A stretch of 51,787 nucleotides of DNA from positions 1-51,787 of the forward strand of contig MRSU01011477.1 in the NCBI GenBank assembly GCA_008369845.1, read 5' to 3'. The translations under genes and the position numbers were made by a program. This document shows positions 21,123 through 32,204 of the stretch, piece after piece; within the stretch, counting starts at the first letter, position 1, and each line of letters begins with the position of its first letter. Under the pieces are notes generated by a model. The model did no database searches and was not told where the DNA came from. It saw nothing but the letters and a program-made list of their open reading frames with translations. This stretch comes from Trichomonas gallinae. Its lineage: Eukaryota.

Positions 21123-22436
21123 ATGAAAAAAAAACATAATTTTTTATTGATTTTTTTGTGTTTGTTTATCTTTCTTTTCAGTATCAAAAGTATTGAAGAT
21201 AACGAGTTTTTAGAAGCAATCACTCAATTAAACAACAAAGATTCATATAATAAATGCGATTTTTCAATTCTCGCTTTTATTAAATCGATTATTTCTTTTA
21301 TTTTCAGACATAAAACACATACAAACAGCATAACATGGAAGTTATACTTAAATTCAGTCGTTTTGGTCAATAAATCGGTTTCATATCAAGATTTTTTGGA
21401 AGATGAAAAGTTTTTCTGCCAAGCTTGCACGTTTAAAGACATTAAAAATACTATGAGCAATGCCCAGGGTGGCGCATTTTGCTATAATAACACAGAGGGA
21501 AAAGTTTCAGTTTCGCAAACAACGATTTTGAGGTGTTATTCGAAATCTTCTGCTGGAGCATTCTATATTTTTGCGAAATCTTACATGTTCAGATATAATT
21601 GCATCTCACAATGCTACGCAGGAAAAAGTATTATGGGATTTACTGTTATTGGTGATAACACTGTGACATTAGCTGAAACCCCAAATATTCTTCATGAAAT
21701 CAATGAGTTATCACATATTGACATTGGTCCTCCAAAATTTGATTCTGAATATTCACTAACACTCTTTTCCAGCACATGTGTGTATATGAAAAACTCTAAT
21801 TTTTCAAAATCAAGGAGAATTTTCAATGATTGCACGATCGCTGCTGAATTTATGAACTCAGTGAAATTTGAATTCATAAATTTCATCGATAACAAAGGTC
21901 CTGGAGTGATATCTTTCTTCCATTCCTTCCCGGAAACTATCCTTAAGTCATCTAACTTTGTTAGAAACGATGCAAACAAATGTCCGATATTTGATTTAAC
22001 AAATGAGAAGAAAATCACCATAGAAGACTGCGTGTTCATTAAAAACATGTTTGGTAGACTTGTTATATGCAAAGAAGGCACAAATCTTGTTTTTTCACGT
22101 TGCTATTTCGATCTTTCCCGAAGAACAATCGACAAAGAAAACTCTGGCTTTGTTTTCAATAACTGCTCTTTCCTCGTCGAAGCAGCCACTGTCAGCATAA
22201 CCATGAAGACGAATGAGCAGTGCTCGCATGCTACAGAAGCTCCATCACCCACGACAATGATGGTAAACATCGGAGACAAGCAGTTTTATCATCTCGAAAG
22301 CATGTATCCTGTCTCCCTCATGATTATGCACAGATTCATCCTCGTCGTCTTGATAATTTCCATAGGGCTGTCTATCTACATACACAAGATCGGCAGCAAA
22401 ATCTCTCCAAGAATTATGAGAAAATACCTAGAGTAA
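21123..22436 (+). CDS. Pmp-like/beta-helix type I membrane protein
   Basis: Signal-like N-terminus from MKKKHNFLLIF, GGAF and FxxN motifs (FIDN, FVRN, FIKN), C-terminal TM and short basic tail. Start moved to 21123 to avoid overlapping TAF5. Confidence 0.7.
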   Translation: MKKKHNFLLIFLCLFIFLFSIKSIEDNEFLEAITQLNNKDSYNKCDFSILAFIKSIISFIFRHKTHTNSITWKLYLNSVVLVNKSVSYQDFLEDEKFFCQACTFKDIKNTMSNAQGGAFCYNNTEGKVSVSQTTILRCYSKSSAGAFYIFAKSYMFRYNCISQCYAGKSIMGFTVIGDNTVTLAETPNILHEINELSHIDIGPPKFDSEYSLTLFSSTCVYMKNSNFSKSRRIFNDCTIAAEFMNSVKFEFINFIDNKGPGVISFFHSFPETILKSSNFVRNDANKCPIFDLTNEKKITIEDCVFIKNMFGRLVICKEGTNLVFSRCYFDLSRRTIDKENSGFVFNNCSFLVEAATVSITMKTNEQCSHATEAPSPTTMMVNIGDKQFYHLESMYPVSLMIMHRFILVVLIISIGLSIYIHKIGSKISPRIMRKYLE

Positions 22437-22917
22437 ATTGCATCGTTTTCAAAATATGAGATTGCTAATTGACATACAAAAACATCGGCACATTGTATTT
22501 CATTAAGAAGCCAACATAGTGCATGAAGAGAATAGATGTATAATGTTTTGCATAGATAAAAACTGGTTGCTTTAAGTGGTGTCCGATGAAGACAAGCGAT
22601 TCATCTAATGGGAGTCATTAAAATCTTCTTATTTTCGAAAACTAACAACATCCAATTGCAAATAAAGGGGGAAAAAAATTCATGATACATATCATATTTA
22701 TCACAAAAATATTGAATATAAATGATGAATTAGATCTAAAACACAAAAAAAAAAATAATTTGAAAAAAATATAAATGATTTCAAGCATTATGAGACTTTG
22801 GTAATATTTTTCCCATGTAAAAAATATAATGAAATATCACATATGATTGAACAAATTAGAAAATAAACAAACATAATTTAATTAATAGAAAACAAAATAA
22901 ATATATTATGCAAAGCT

Positions 22918-24957
22918 TCATTTGCTTTTATCTGGTTTGACGATTTTTGCGCTTTTCGCAGATTTTTGGGATCTTCTTGTTGATTTCTGAGATTTCGACG
23001 ATTTTGCTGTCTTTGAAGAAAGAACTGAATGCGGGGTTGCTACAGTATCGACAGGGATATCAAGGTAAACAGGTTGCTTTCCCTCATTTTGGTATGGATA
23101 TTCGGGAATTTCATAATATTGAAATTCTTCTTGGTTTTTCATTGCTTCCCTTATCTCGGTGATCATTGCTTCTATTTTAAGGTACTCTTCTTCGAGCTCA
23201 TTGCATTCTTTCTCGTTTTGTTCTTTGATTTTTGCGATTTTTTCATCGTTTTCGTTTGCAACTTTCTCTGCAGCTTGGAATCTTTGTATTTGGACGTCAA
23301 TATCTGACTGCAATACCGAGCACTCCTTTTCATGCGCTTTAACAAGTTCTGATTGTGCAGTTTCTGTAGATTGAATATTTTCGACTTGTGTTTCTGACAT
23401 TTTTTCGATTTCATCAATAGCTTTAGCAAGATCTGTGAGCCTAGACTTGGAATTGACCTTGATTGACTCCAGTTTATCATTAATTTTTTCTAATTCATCT
23501 TTAATTTGCTGGCTTTCGTTCTTTATTGCGTCAAGCTTCGTTTGTGCGCCAGGGATTTTCGATGTTTGTATGGATAATCTAATGTAATCCTTCCGCAAAC
23601 CGTGAATCATTTCTTCTGTTTTGAGATTTCGATTTCTATAGCATACTTTGCTGAGTCCATCAAGAGCGAAGCAGTCTATTTGATTTGCCGATAAATCAAT
23701 ATAGTGCAATGACCAGTTCTCTTGAAGATATTCTAATAAAGTGTATCCGACAGCTTTAGTGAAGAAATTGTCAGCAAGGTTGATGGATTTGAGCTCAGTG
23801 TTCTGTGTTAATGCCTGTGCTATTGATATTAATGAATTATCATTCATTCTTGTTGACGCGAGATTCATTTTTCTAATAACTGTATTGCTTGACAGTGTTC
23901 TTCCTAGCACTTCAGAAACAGCATTGCCAAAGCTATTCTTGGAGAGATCCAGTTCTTCTAAAACTTGATTTTCAAGAAGAAAACTTTCTAATTTTAACGA
24001 GACAGAGTCCTCGCAGCTTGTGTTTGATATATTGAGCTCTTTCAAGTGCTGATTTTTAGCGAGGATAGACAATAAAAACGAGATTCCACGCGAGCCAATT
24101 GGATTTCCAGAAATATCTAAACGAATTAAAGTCCATTTGCTAGAAAACGCAGATGAAAATATATCGCAGGCTGCTTCTGATAAACCACAGCAGCTCATTT
24201 TCAAAGAAAGAAGGTTGTGGTTTTGACAAATCGCTTGCGTAATTGATTCGCCTGGTTGGAACTGATTTCCGCTGATATTTAGATATTTGAGCGTTTTATT
24301 TTCGCGCAGGCCCTTGCAGAGCTCGTGCTGATCAACTGGATAAAATCCAGAATTGCTTATGTCCAAAGAAACAAGATTTTTGCAATTTAATATCATTTGA
24401 GATACAAACTTCGAAAAATCCTTGTATTTTTGTGTCTTTTTCTGCTTAATACCTGCGATTCCCGAAATTCCAAAACATTCAAGCTTATCTGTTCGCTTTA
24501 CGACCTCAAGAATGGTATAGAGGCCATCTCTCGTAATCCAGTTTTGTGAATTTGCTTGATCACGTACACCAAGCTGTAGAGATTTTACGTCTGATTTCGA
24601 AATAATGTCTGATATTGTTAATATTGATCCATCTGATAAATCATTGGCTCCAATATCTAAATGTAGTATTTGTGCATTCATGCATATTCCAAAAACACGC
24701 GTCAATCCTTCATCATGAATCAAATTTCCGTAAAGATTAAGTGTTTTTAGTTTTTTGAATGTACGAAGAAACTTAGGAATCCTTGATAAAAGAGTCATGC
24801 CTGCTTGCAATTTGGATAAATCGAGTGTTAAATTTTTGAATCCTCTTTGTATCTGATTTACGAACTTTATATAATCATCATTCGTTGTTTTGGAGCCTAC
24901 ATCTGATTGCTTTGCACTGTATAAGTCTGTAATCCCTTTTTCGACGATTTCATCCAT
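22918..24957 (-). CDS. RNI-like leucine-rich repeat protein with C-terminal coiled coil, 679 aa
   Basis: Repeated LxxLxLxxNxI/F units (LKTLNLYGNLI, LEELDLSKNSF), a long E/K/Q coiled coil and a basic Ser/Lys tail. Confidence 0.9.
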   Translation of the reverse strand: MDEIVEKGITDLYSAKQSDVGSKTTNDDYIKFVNQIQRGFKNLTLDLSKLQAGMTLLSRIPKFLRTFKKLKTLNLYGNLIHDEGLTRVFGICMNAQILHLDIGANDLSDGSILTISDIISKSDVKSLQLGVRDQANSQNWITRDGLYTILEVVKRTDKLECFGISGIAGIKQKKTQKYKDFSKFVSQMILNCKNLVSLDISNSGFYPVDQHELCKGLRENKTLKYLNISGNQFQPGESITQAICQNHNLLSLKMSCCGLSEAACDIFSSAFSSKWTLIRLDISGNPIGSRGISFLLSILAKNQHLKELNISNTSCEDSVSLKLESFLLENQVLEELDLSKNSFGNAVSEVLGRTLSSNTVIRKMNLASTRMNDNSLISIAQALTQNTELKSINLADNFFTKAVGYTLLEYLQENWSLHYIDLSANQIDCFALDGLSKVCYRNRNLKTEEMIHGLRKDYIRLSIQTSKIPGAQTKLDAIKNESQQIKDELEKINDKLESIKVNSKSRLTDLAKAIDEIEKMSETQVENIQSTETAQSELVKAHEKECSVLQSDIDVQIQRFQAAEKVANENDEKIAKIKEQNEKECNELEEEYLKIEAMITEIREAMKNQEEFQYYEIPEYPYQNEGKQPVYLDIPVDTVATPHSVLSSKTAKSSKSQKSTRRSQKSAKSAKIVKPDKSK

Positions 24958-25614
24958 GAAAAACCAAAAAACGAATAAAAATGAGGGTTATTGCACCAAA
25001 TTACCCCCTGTTATTTCATAATGCATTATAATATACGTAAACAGCTACTTTTTAGAGCTTCAATACTATTTTTTATACGCAAGGATTGATAATATAAAAA
25101 ATAAATGAAAAAATAAGCACTTAAAAATATAGATATACAAAACTCCAAAGATTCCTAATTAAAATCTTAGTAAACATTATATTATACTCATTCACATATA
25201 ATGATTATATGGTAGAATTATTAATGCTTAATCTTTGTCAGAAAGTTTTTTTCAAATACTTTTTTATTGATTATTGTGTGAGTGAAAAAAGAGGAATATA
25301 ATGTTATATTTAAGACATAATCGTATCCAAACACATTTTCATTATTGTTTTGACGCTAAAAATATTAACAGCACTTTTATTATTTCCAACTCTCTGTTAT
25401 AAATATCACTTTAATCTTTATAAAATTCTTCTAACTTTTATTCGTCGCAAATCAAAAAAAAAAAAATATGTGCTATACCAAGTGTAAGAAACTTAGATAT
25501 GAGTTCTAGGAGTATCCATTTATTGTGATATTAAGTTTACAAATTTTCTTTTTTATTGATTTAAGATATAAAATAACAGTTATAAGTATAAATATAATAA
25601 TAAAAATTATGGGC

Positions 25615-28600
25615 TTAGTTATCAAAGTCCTTGATGTCGATGTCGTTTTCGAAAGCAGGATCTGGATCACCAATATCTAAGTTCGGAGGCTGAAGTTCCC
25701 AGTTGTCATCATCATTGAAAGAAGACTGGTTCTTGTGTTCACCCATTATATCAGATTCCTCGAATTCCGGACCTTTCATCTCGTCGAGATTCCTGCGCTC
25801 ATCTTCAAGCTCGTCCTTCTTCGTCGAGCCGAATAATGCAGCACTGAGTGCACCACCCTTGTCTTCCTTTGGTTTCTCTTCGGATTTATTGGAATCAAGG
25901 GCTCCAAATAGTGCGGCGTCGAGACCGCCAACAGCCTTTGGCTTTTCATCGAAATCATCGTCATCGAACGCATCACGAGACTTTGATTCTTCCTTTGGCT
26001 CTTCTTCTTTCTTAGAACCAAAAAGTGCTTCACCAAGTCCACCAAGTGGCTTGTGTTCTTCTTCCTTCGATTGCTCTTCTTCCTTCGGCTTTTCTTCGAA
26101 ATTGTTGTCATCGAATGCATCCTTTGACTCTTCTTCTTCCTTCTTGGCACCGAATATAGCATCTGAGAGACTTGTCTTTGGCTTCTCTTCTTCCTTTGAC
26201 TTCTCTTCGGATTTGTCAAATGATTCATCGAAAGCATCTCTTGACTTTGTTTCTTCTTCTTCTTTCTTCTGACCGCCAAGCAATGCATCAGAAAGACCAC
26301 CAAATGTCTTGGATTCGGCTTTTTCTTTAGACTTGTCTTCTTCTGTTGCTTTATCGTCTTCCTCTTTGTCGAAGTCGTCTTCATCATCAAATCCATCTTT
26401 AGATTCTTCCTTGGATGATTCTTTGGTATCTTCTTTCTTTTCATCTTCGCTCTTCTCGTCGTCTTTAGGCTTTTCTTCTTCTTTGTCAAAATCATCCTCA
26501 TCGTCAAATGCATCTCTTGACTCTTCCTTTGGTTCTTCTTTAGATTCTTCGTGATGTTCTTCTTCCTTCTTTTGAGCACCAAGTAATGCATCTGAGAGAC
26601 CACCAAATGGTTTAGATTCTTCTTCCTTTGGCTTCTCTTCTTCTTTGTCGAATGATTCATGATCGAATGCATCTTTAGACTCTTCCTTTTCTTCTTTAGG
26701 CTTTTCTTCCTCTTTGTCGAAATCGTCTTCGTCATCAAAGGCATCTTTAGACTCCTCTTTATCTTCTTCCTTCTTCTCTTCTTCTTTCTTAGCGCCACCA
26801 AACAATGCCTGACCGAGAGTGCCGAGTGGTTTCTCTTCTTCCTTCGGCTTTTCTTCCTCTTTCTCTTTGTCGAAGTCGTCCTCGTCATCAAATGCGTCCC
26901 TAGACTTCTCTTCCTCATCTTTCTTCTCTGGTTCTGCTGGCTTCAACGCGCCTAACAAGGCTGCGCCAAGTCCACCTGCTTTAGGCTTCTCGTCTTCTTC
27001 TTTGTCGAAAGACTCGTCATCAAAAGCATCTCTGGACTTAGATTCTTCTTCCTTTGGCTTTTCTTTTTCTTCTTCTTTCTTCTGACCACCAAGTAATGCA
27101 TCAGAAAGACCACCAAATGGCTTGGATTCGGCTTCTTCTTTAGATTTTTCTTCCTCTTTGTCGAAGTCGTCTTCGTCATCAAATGCATCTTTAGATTCTT
27201 TCTTGGATGATGCATCTTTGGTATCTTCTTTCTTTTCATCTTCGTTTCCAGTCTCGTTTTCAGTTTCATTAGCTTCAAGAGAACGATTGATTGCGTTGCT
27301 CAATAACCCTTTAGATGGAGCTTCTTCGCTCTTCTCGTCGTCTTTAGGCTTATCCTCTTCTTTGTCAAAATCATCCTCATCGTCAAATGCATTTGACTCT
27401 TCCTTTGATTCTTCCTTTGATTCCCCTTTAGATTCCTCGTGATGTTCTTCTTCCTTCTTTTGAGCACCAAGTAATGCATCTGAGAGGCCACCAAATGGTT
27501 TAGATTCTTCTTCTTTAGGCTTCTCTTCTTCTTTATCAAAATCATCGTCGTCGAATGCATCTTTAGATTCCTCTTTGAATTCTTCCTTGTTTTCATTCTC
27601 ATCAAGTGCACGATTGATAGCATTGCTCAACAAGCCCATTCCTGGCTCTTCTTCCTTTGGCTTCTCTTCTTCTTTGTCGAATGATTCATCATCAAATGCA
27701 TCTTTAGATTCTTCCTTTTCTTCTTTAGATGATTCTTTAGATGGTTCCGCGTCAAGAGCACGGCTAAGAGCACCACTCAGAAGACCACCAGATTGCTTTG
27801 GCTTCTCCTCTTCTTCTTTAGGCTTTTCTTCCTCTTTGTCGAAATCGTCTTTGTCATCAAATGCATATTTAGACTCTTCTTTATCTTCTTGTTTCTCTTG
27901 AGCCTTTGTTAATGCATCTGAGAGTCTACCGAATGGCTTCGACTCTTCCTCTTTCTTTTCTTCTTTTTCGAAATCATCTTCATCGAAATTGTCGTTGTCC
28001 TTGAGCTCTTCCTTAACTGCCTGGCTCAACTCTCCTGGTTTATCCTTGTCCTCGTGCTTTTCAAGAGATTCCTTGAGTGCATTGCTGAGAAGTCCGCCTT
28101 TTTCTTCTTTCTTCTCTTCTTCTTTGTCAAAGTCATCTTCATCGTCAAACGCATCCTTAGACTTCTCTTCTTCCTTTGGCTTTTCTTCTGCTTTATCGAA
28201 ATCGTCTTCATCGTCAAACGCATCCTTAGACTTCTCTTCTTCTTTCGGTTTCTCTTCTTCCTTGTCAAATTCATCTTCGTCATCGAATGCATCCTTGGAT
28301 TCTTCTTCCTTCGGTTTCTCAATTGCCTTTTCAATTGCTTCGGCCAGAAGTCCTTTCTTCGGTTGCTCTTCATCCTTCTTTTCCTCCTCTTTAGGCTTTT
28401 CTTCCTCTTTGTCAAATTCATCTTCATCGTCAAATGCGTCCTTAGACTTTTCTTCTTCTTTAGGTTTTCCTTCTTCATTCTTGTGAGCGTTCGTTAAAGC
28501 ATCAGCGAGTCCATCGAATGGCTTGTCGTCTTCCTTCTTCTCTTCCTCTTTCTCGAAGTCATCTTCATCATCAAATGCGTCATTAGATTTCTCTTCATCT

Positions 28601-30423
28601 TTAGGTTGCTCGATGACTTTCTCGATTGCATCAGAGAGGATTCCTTTAGGAAGCTCTTTCTCCTGTGGTTTCTCTTCCTGTTTGTCTTCTTTCTCGAAGT
28701 CGTCGTCATCGCCAAATGCGTCTTCTTTGGATTTTTCTTCTGATTTAGGTTTTTCTTCTTCTGTTTCCTTCTCCTGAGCATTCGTTAAAGCGTCAGCGAG
28801 ACCATCGAATGGTTTGGCGTCTTCTTTTTCAAAATCATCGCCATCATCGAATGCATCTTTAGATTTTTCTTCTGTTTTAGGTTGTTCAATGACTTTTTCG
28901 ATAGCTTCTGATAGCAATCCTTTCTCCTTTGGCTTCTCTTCTTCTTTACTCTCTTCTTTGTCGAAATCTTCGTCGTCGAAATCATCTTTTTCTTCTTCTT
29001 TTGGTTTTTCATCCTCCTTTGACTTTTCTTCTTCTTTCTTCTGGCCATTGAGGAGCGCATCAGCAAGGCCATCGAATGGCTTATCTTCCTTCTTGTCTTC
29101 TTTATCAAAATCGTCGTCTTCGAAATCATCTTTCTCTTCTTTGGCTTTTTCCATTGTGTCAGCAATGGCTTGTGTGAGTAATCCTTTAGGAGGCTCTTCT
29201 GCCTTCTTTTCTTCGGATTTTTCATCTGATTTCTCGATTGAATCGTCGAAATTGGATTCTTCTTTCTTTTCTTCTGGCTTCTCATCATGCTTCTCTTCTG
29301 AATGCTCGAATGAATCCTCTTCCATCTTCTCTTCTGGTTTTTCGAGAAGTTTATCTGCAAGATTCTCCAAAGCCTTTTCTTGCTTCTTGGGCTCTTCTCC
29401 AGAGTGTTCAAATGAGTCATCGAAGTTGGATTCCTCCTTCTTTTCTTCTGATTTCTCAAATGAATCATCTTTCTTCTCATCTTCTTCATCTGTATGGAGA
29501 GCATTATTAATAGCGTTTGCCAGGTCGAGCTTTCCTTCCTTAGGTGGCTCTTTTTCGTCATTTGTTTCGAATGAATTATCAAATGAATCTTTTTCTGGTC
29601 CTGGCTGTGGCTTAGGTTGCTCCTTTTGCTGCTTATCGAGTTTCTCGTTGACCGCTGCCTTGAGGCTGAGCGATTTCTTTTGTGGATGAGCTGGAGGTAA
29701 TTTCGAAGGTGTAGATGTCTTATTTGCGCTATCTGGCTTCTTAGTAACTGTTGTCTGCTTTGTCGTAGTTGTTGGTGGCTTAGATGATGCTTTGATTGTC
29801 CTCGGTGGTTGTTTCGGTTTAACTGGTGAAGCAGCTTGAGGAGATGTTGGTGATTTCGCTGATGTTTTGGCTGTCTTCTTTGGTACGATGACACTTGGCT
29901 TCGGCTGGCCTCTTCTTGCAGAAATGCTTGACATTGGCCTTGATTGTGAGTTTTGTAGAGAAGTATAGTCGTCAACTTTCATGCCATCATCATTTACGAT
30001 ATTTGATGATGCCTGTGGAATTGGCTCTTCATCTGGAACCTGTTTTCTGTTAATTGGGTTCTTATATGAAGGCAAGAAGCTGATTTTCTCCTCACATTTA
30101 GCCAAGTCGTCAGCCCAGTTCGAATATCCGCTATTCCTTGAGGCTGTTGATCGATTGCTTTGTTGAGATGATGATACGTTTCTTTCTTTTTGCGCTAAAT
30201 AAAGCTCACGCGCGAGTTTTGATTGCTCCTCGTCTACGGCGAGTTGTTTTTGTCGAAATTTAGCCTGTGTTTTCTTGTATAACTCTATTCTTGGAACCGC
30301 TGGAGGATGACTTACATCGATTAAATGGTGGGCCTCAGCGAGGTGCTGCCTATGAATCTTATATATCCTTTTCTTATCTTCAACATCAAGTATCTGCGAT
30401 ACAACCGGCTGCGCACGATACAT
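25615..30423 (-). CDS. CFAP97/Hemingway-like N-terminal domain plus very long acidic repeat region (~1600 aa)
   Basis: MYRAQPVVSQILDVEDKKRIYKIHRQHLAEAHHLIDVSHPP...AVDEEQSKLAREL resembles CFAP97D-type N-termini; then many DAFDDEDDFDKEEEKPKEEE and GLLSxAI/GGLSDALL units. First ATG used. Confidence 0.8.
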   Translation of the reverse strand: MYRAQPVVSQILDVEDKKRIYKIHRQHLAEAHHLIDVSHPPAVPRIELYKKTQAKFRQKQLAVDEEQSKLARELYLAQKERNVSSSQQSNRSTASRNSGYSNWADDLAKCEEKISFLPSYKNPINRKQVPDEEPIPQASSNIVNDDGMKVDDYTSLQNSQSRPMSSISARRGQPKPSVIVPKKTAKTSAKSPTSPQAASPVKPKQPPRTIKASSKPPTTTTKQTTVTKKPDSANKTSTPSKLPPAHPQKKSLSLKAAVNEKLDKQQKEQPKPQPGPEKDSFDNSFETNDEKEPPKEGKLDLANAINNALHTDEEDEKKDDSFEKSEEKKEESNFDDSFEHSGEEPKKQEKALENLADKLLEKPEEKMEEDSFEHSEEKHDEKPEEKKEESNFDDSIEKSDEKSEEKKAEEPPKGLLTQAIADTMEKAKEEKDDFEDDDFDKEDKKEDKPFDGLADALLNGQKKEEEKSKEDEKPKEEEKDDFDDEDFDKEESKEEEKPKEKGLLSEAIEKVIEQPKTEEKSKDAFDDGDDFEKEDAKPFDGLADALTNAQEKETEEEKPKSEEKSKEDAFGDDDDFEKEDKQEEKPQEKELPKGILSDAIEKVIEQPKDEEKSNDAFDDEDDFEKEEEKKEDDKPFDGLADALTNAHKNEEGKPKEEEKSKDAFDDEDEFDKEEEKPKEEEKKDEEQPKKGLLAEAIEKAIEKPKEEESKDAFDDEDEFDKEEEKPKEEEKSKDAFDDEDDFDKAEEKPKEEEKSKDAFDDEDDFDKEEEKKEEKGGLLSNALKESLEKHEDKDKPGELSQAVKEELKDNDNFDEDDFEKEEKKEEESKPFGRLSDALTKAQEKQEDKEESKYAFDDKDDFDKEEEKPKEEEEKPKQSGGLLSGALSRALDAEPSKESSKEEKEESKDAFDDESFDKEEEKPKEEEPGMGLLSNAINRALDENENKEEFKEESKDAFDDDDFDKEEEKPKEEESKPFGGLSDALLGAQKKEEEHHEESKGESKEESKEESNAFDDEDDFDKEEDKPKDDEKSEEAPSKGLLSNAINRSLEANETENETGNEDEKKEDTKDASSKKESKDAFDDEDDFDKEEEKSKEEAESKPFGGLSDALLGGQKKEEEKEKPKEEESKSRDAFDDESFDKEEDEKPKAGGLGAALLGALKPAEPEKKDEEEKSRDAFDDEDDFDKEKEEEKPKEEEKPLGTLGQALFGGAKKEEEKKEEDKEESKDAFDDEDDFDKEEEKPKEEKEESKDAFDHESFDKEEEKPKEEESKPFGGLSDALLGAQKKEEEHHEESKEEPKEESRDAFDDEDDFDKEEEKPKDDEKSEDEKKEDTKESSKEESKDGFDDEDDFDKEEDDKATEEDKSKEKAESKTFGGLSDALLGGQKKEEEETKSRDAFDESFDKSEEKSKEEEKPKTSLSDAIFGAKKEEEESKDAFDDNNFEEKPKEEEQSKEEEHKPLGGLGEALFGSKKEEEPKEESKSRDAFDDDDFDEKPKAVGGLDAALFGALDSNKSEEKPKEDKGGALSAALFGSTKKDELEDERRNLDEMKGPEFEESDIMGEHKNQSSFNDDDNWELQPPNLDIGDPDPAFENDIDIKDFDN
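25860..29600 (-). repeat. Coding low-complexity repeat array with higher-order duplications
   Basis: Recurrent units; near-identical nucleotide blocks starting at about 26539 and 27427 (KPFGGLSDALLGAQKKEEEHHEESK twice). Confidence 0.9.
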
Positions 30424-30599
30424 TGCTGTTATTAAAGAAAGAATAACGAACACTTTTTTTTTCGATTTTTTTGATTTTTTGGTAAATGACTTATTTATAT
30501 CTATATATTTTATATTTATTTAAATTTGCTTCGCTTTCTCAATTTTTTTGTCATGTTTTTTGTTTTTTGCAAAATGTATTTATTTCATTAGAGTAATTG

Positions 30600-30760
30600 A
30601 TTTTTTGAATTTTTTGATTTTTAATTTTTGTGTCACGTTTTTGATCATCTGAAGATTATGTTTATTTCATTTAGATTTTTTATATTTTAAATTTTTTGAA
30701 TTTTCAATTTTTGTGTCACATTTTTTCAAACCTGTAATATGCGTTTATTTTATTTGTATG
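30600..30760. repeat. Degenerate ~85-bp intergenic duplication carrying TTTTTGTGTCAC
   Basis: AATTTTTGTGTCACRTTTTT...TATG(CG)TTTATTTYATTT occurs twice upstream of the acidic repeat gene. Confidence 0.55.
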
Positions 30761-31301
30761 TTCTATTTTTGAAATAATTTTGGTTTACAATTTTTGTTGT
30801 CACTTTTGGGCATCGATGCCATCTTTTTCGAATTTTATATTTTTGTTAATCTTGATTAATACCGATTTCCTTTTTTCTGAATTAACGATTAACATTCAAT
30901 TACAAGTTATCGGCGAGTCACGGAAACATATTCTTACAGATCACTCATACATGATTAAAAAGTTACGAGAAAAAAACTTTACATGTCATTTTCTCTAATT
31001 AATTGTTTTGTAAACTAAAAATGTCAAAAAAAATTAAAATCATTCATGATTTTTTCATTTACGTGCTTACATTCAAACAAAGCTACTTTTAATCTGATAC
31101 TTTAGAATTCATATTAGTAATTTGAATAATATATAAACATTCAATATTGAACCAGATGAAATTATGATTTATACGAAGAACCTCGATATGCTTTTTAAGC
31201 TTCAGTTTGTATTGTATTTGATCAAATTATAAAATGCAAAATTTAAAATATTGCTTTTTAATATATAATATAACAACTAAATCCTATGTGTATAATTCTA
31301 A

Positions 31302-32171
31302 TCATTCTCCAACACCAATTTTGAGGTCATCTGGAATATGATGATCAATATTATTATCATTTTCAAGTTGTTCCTTAAACTCTTTGAATGATTTCATCAA
31401 GTCTTCGAGTGTTTTACCGTCAGCCATTTCACTTGGCACGGCTGCATCTTCTGGAGGCTGAATATTCAATCCATCAGCGAGACGGATTGTAATTTCATTA
31501 AGCAACTCAAGTTCTGACCATGTGAATAACAATGGCGATGATACATCAGTCCATGGAGCAATGTCAACAACATGAGGTCTCATCTTTGGACTAATGTAGA
31601 TATCAATGATAATTCTGTAAGGATGTATCTTCTTTGAGACCAATTCTACCATTTTTTGAGCGAGTGGAAGGACTTCTTCTTGAGTTAAATGACATGGAAT
31701 ATTAATGCAACGAGAACAAACGAAGAAATGCTCTGGATCTCTCATAAAAATCCTAAATTCGCGATTTTGTTTGTAGTTAAACCAACGTTTCAGTACAATA
31801 ATTGGCTTAACTTGAATATTTTGGTAATTAAAAGGTGCTGTTATATCAATAAGCATTCTTGTTGAGGCCTTAAAGACGTATTGGAGGTCAGAAAAAGATC
31901 TAACTTCGAGAGATTTACCAAATGCGATCCATTGTGAATCAGTTGGTGCTGTCCAGTTGAGTTTTGGAAAAGCAACGCCACCAAGTTCATCAATGGCCTT
32001 GTTTACCTGGTTTTCTAATGTAGTGAACTTACCTTCTTCAATAATAAATTCATCTGTTAATAAAAAGTTCATGAAATCTTCAGGGAGTTCGATGATCTTT
32101 GATCTAATCGTATCATCTCTAAGAATAGGATACCAATTTTCGAATGAACACTTTAAAATGATTTCTTCCAT
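31302..32171 (-). CDS. CDC123: Cell division cycle protein 123 (D123; ATP-grasp eIF2 assembly factor)
   Basis: CSFENWY, GGVAFPKLNWTAPTDSQWI, LKRWF...EFRIF, PLLFTWSEL. Start moved to MEEII (32171); the upstream ATG lies in a motif array. Confidence 0.92.
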   Translation of the reverse strand: MEEIILKCSFENWYPILRDDTIRSKIIELPEDFMNFLLTDEFIIEEGKFTTLENQVNKAIDELGGVAFPKLNWTAPTDSQWIAFGKSLEVRSFSDLQYVFKASTRMLIDITAPFNYQNIQVKPIIVLKRWFNYKQNREFRIFMRDPEHFFVCSRCINIPCHLTQEEVLPLAQKMVELVSKKIHPYRIIIDIYISPKMRPHVVDIAPWTDVSSPLLFTWSELELLNEITIRLADGLNIQPPEDAAVPSEMADGKTLEDLMKSFKEFKEQLENDNNIDHHIPDDLKIGVGE

Positions 32172-32204
32172 AATAAGCCACGTAATTTTTGACAAATTCT
32201 TGTC

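Noticed and set aside
25703..29975. Many long Ser/Phe-rich or Lys/Arg-rich ORFs overlapping the acidic repeat gene
   Set aside because: Antisense and off-frame shadows of a low-complexity E/K/D coding repeat.
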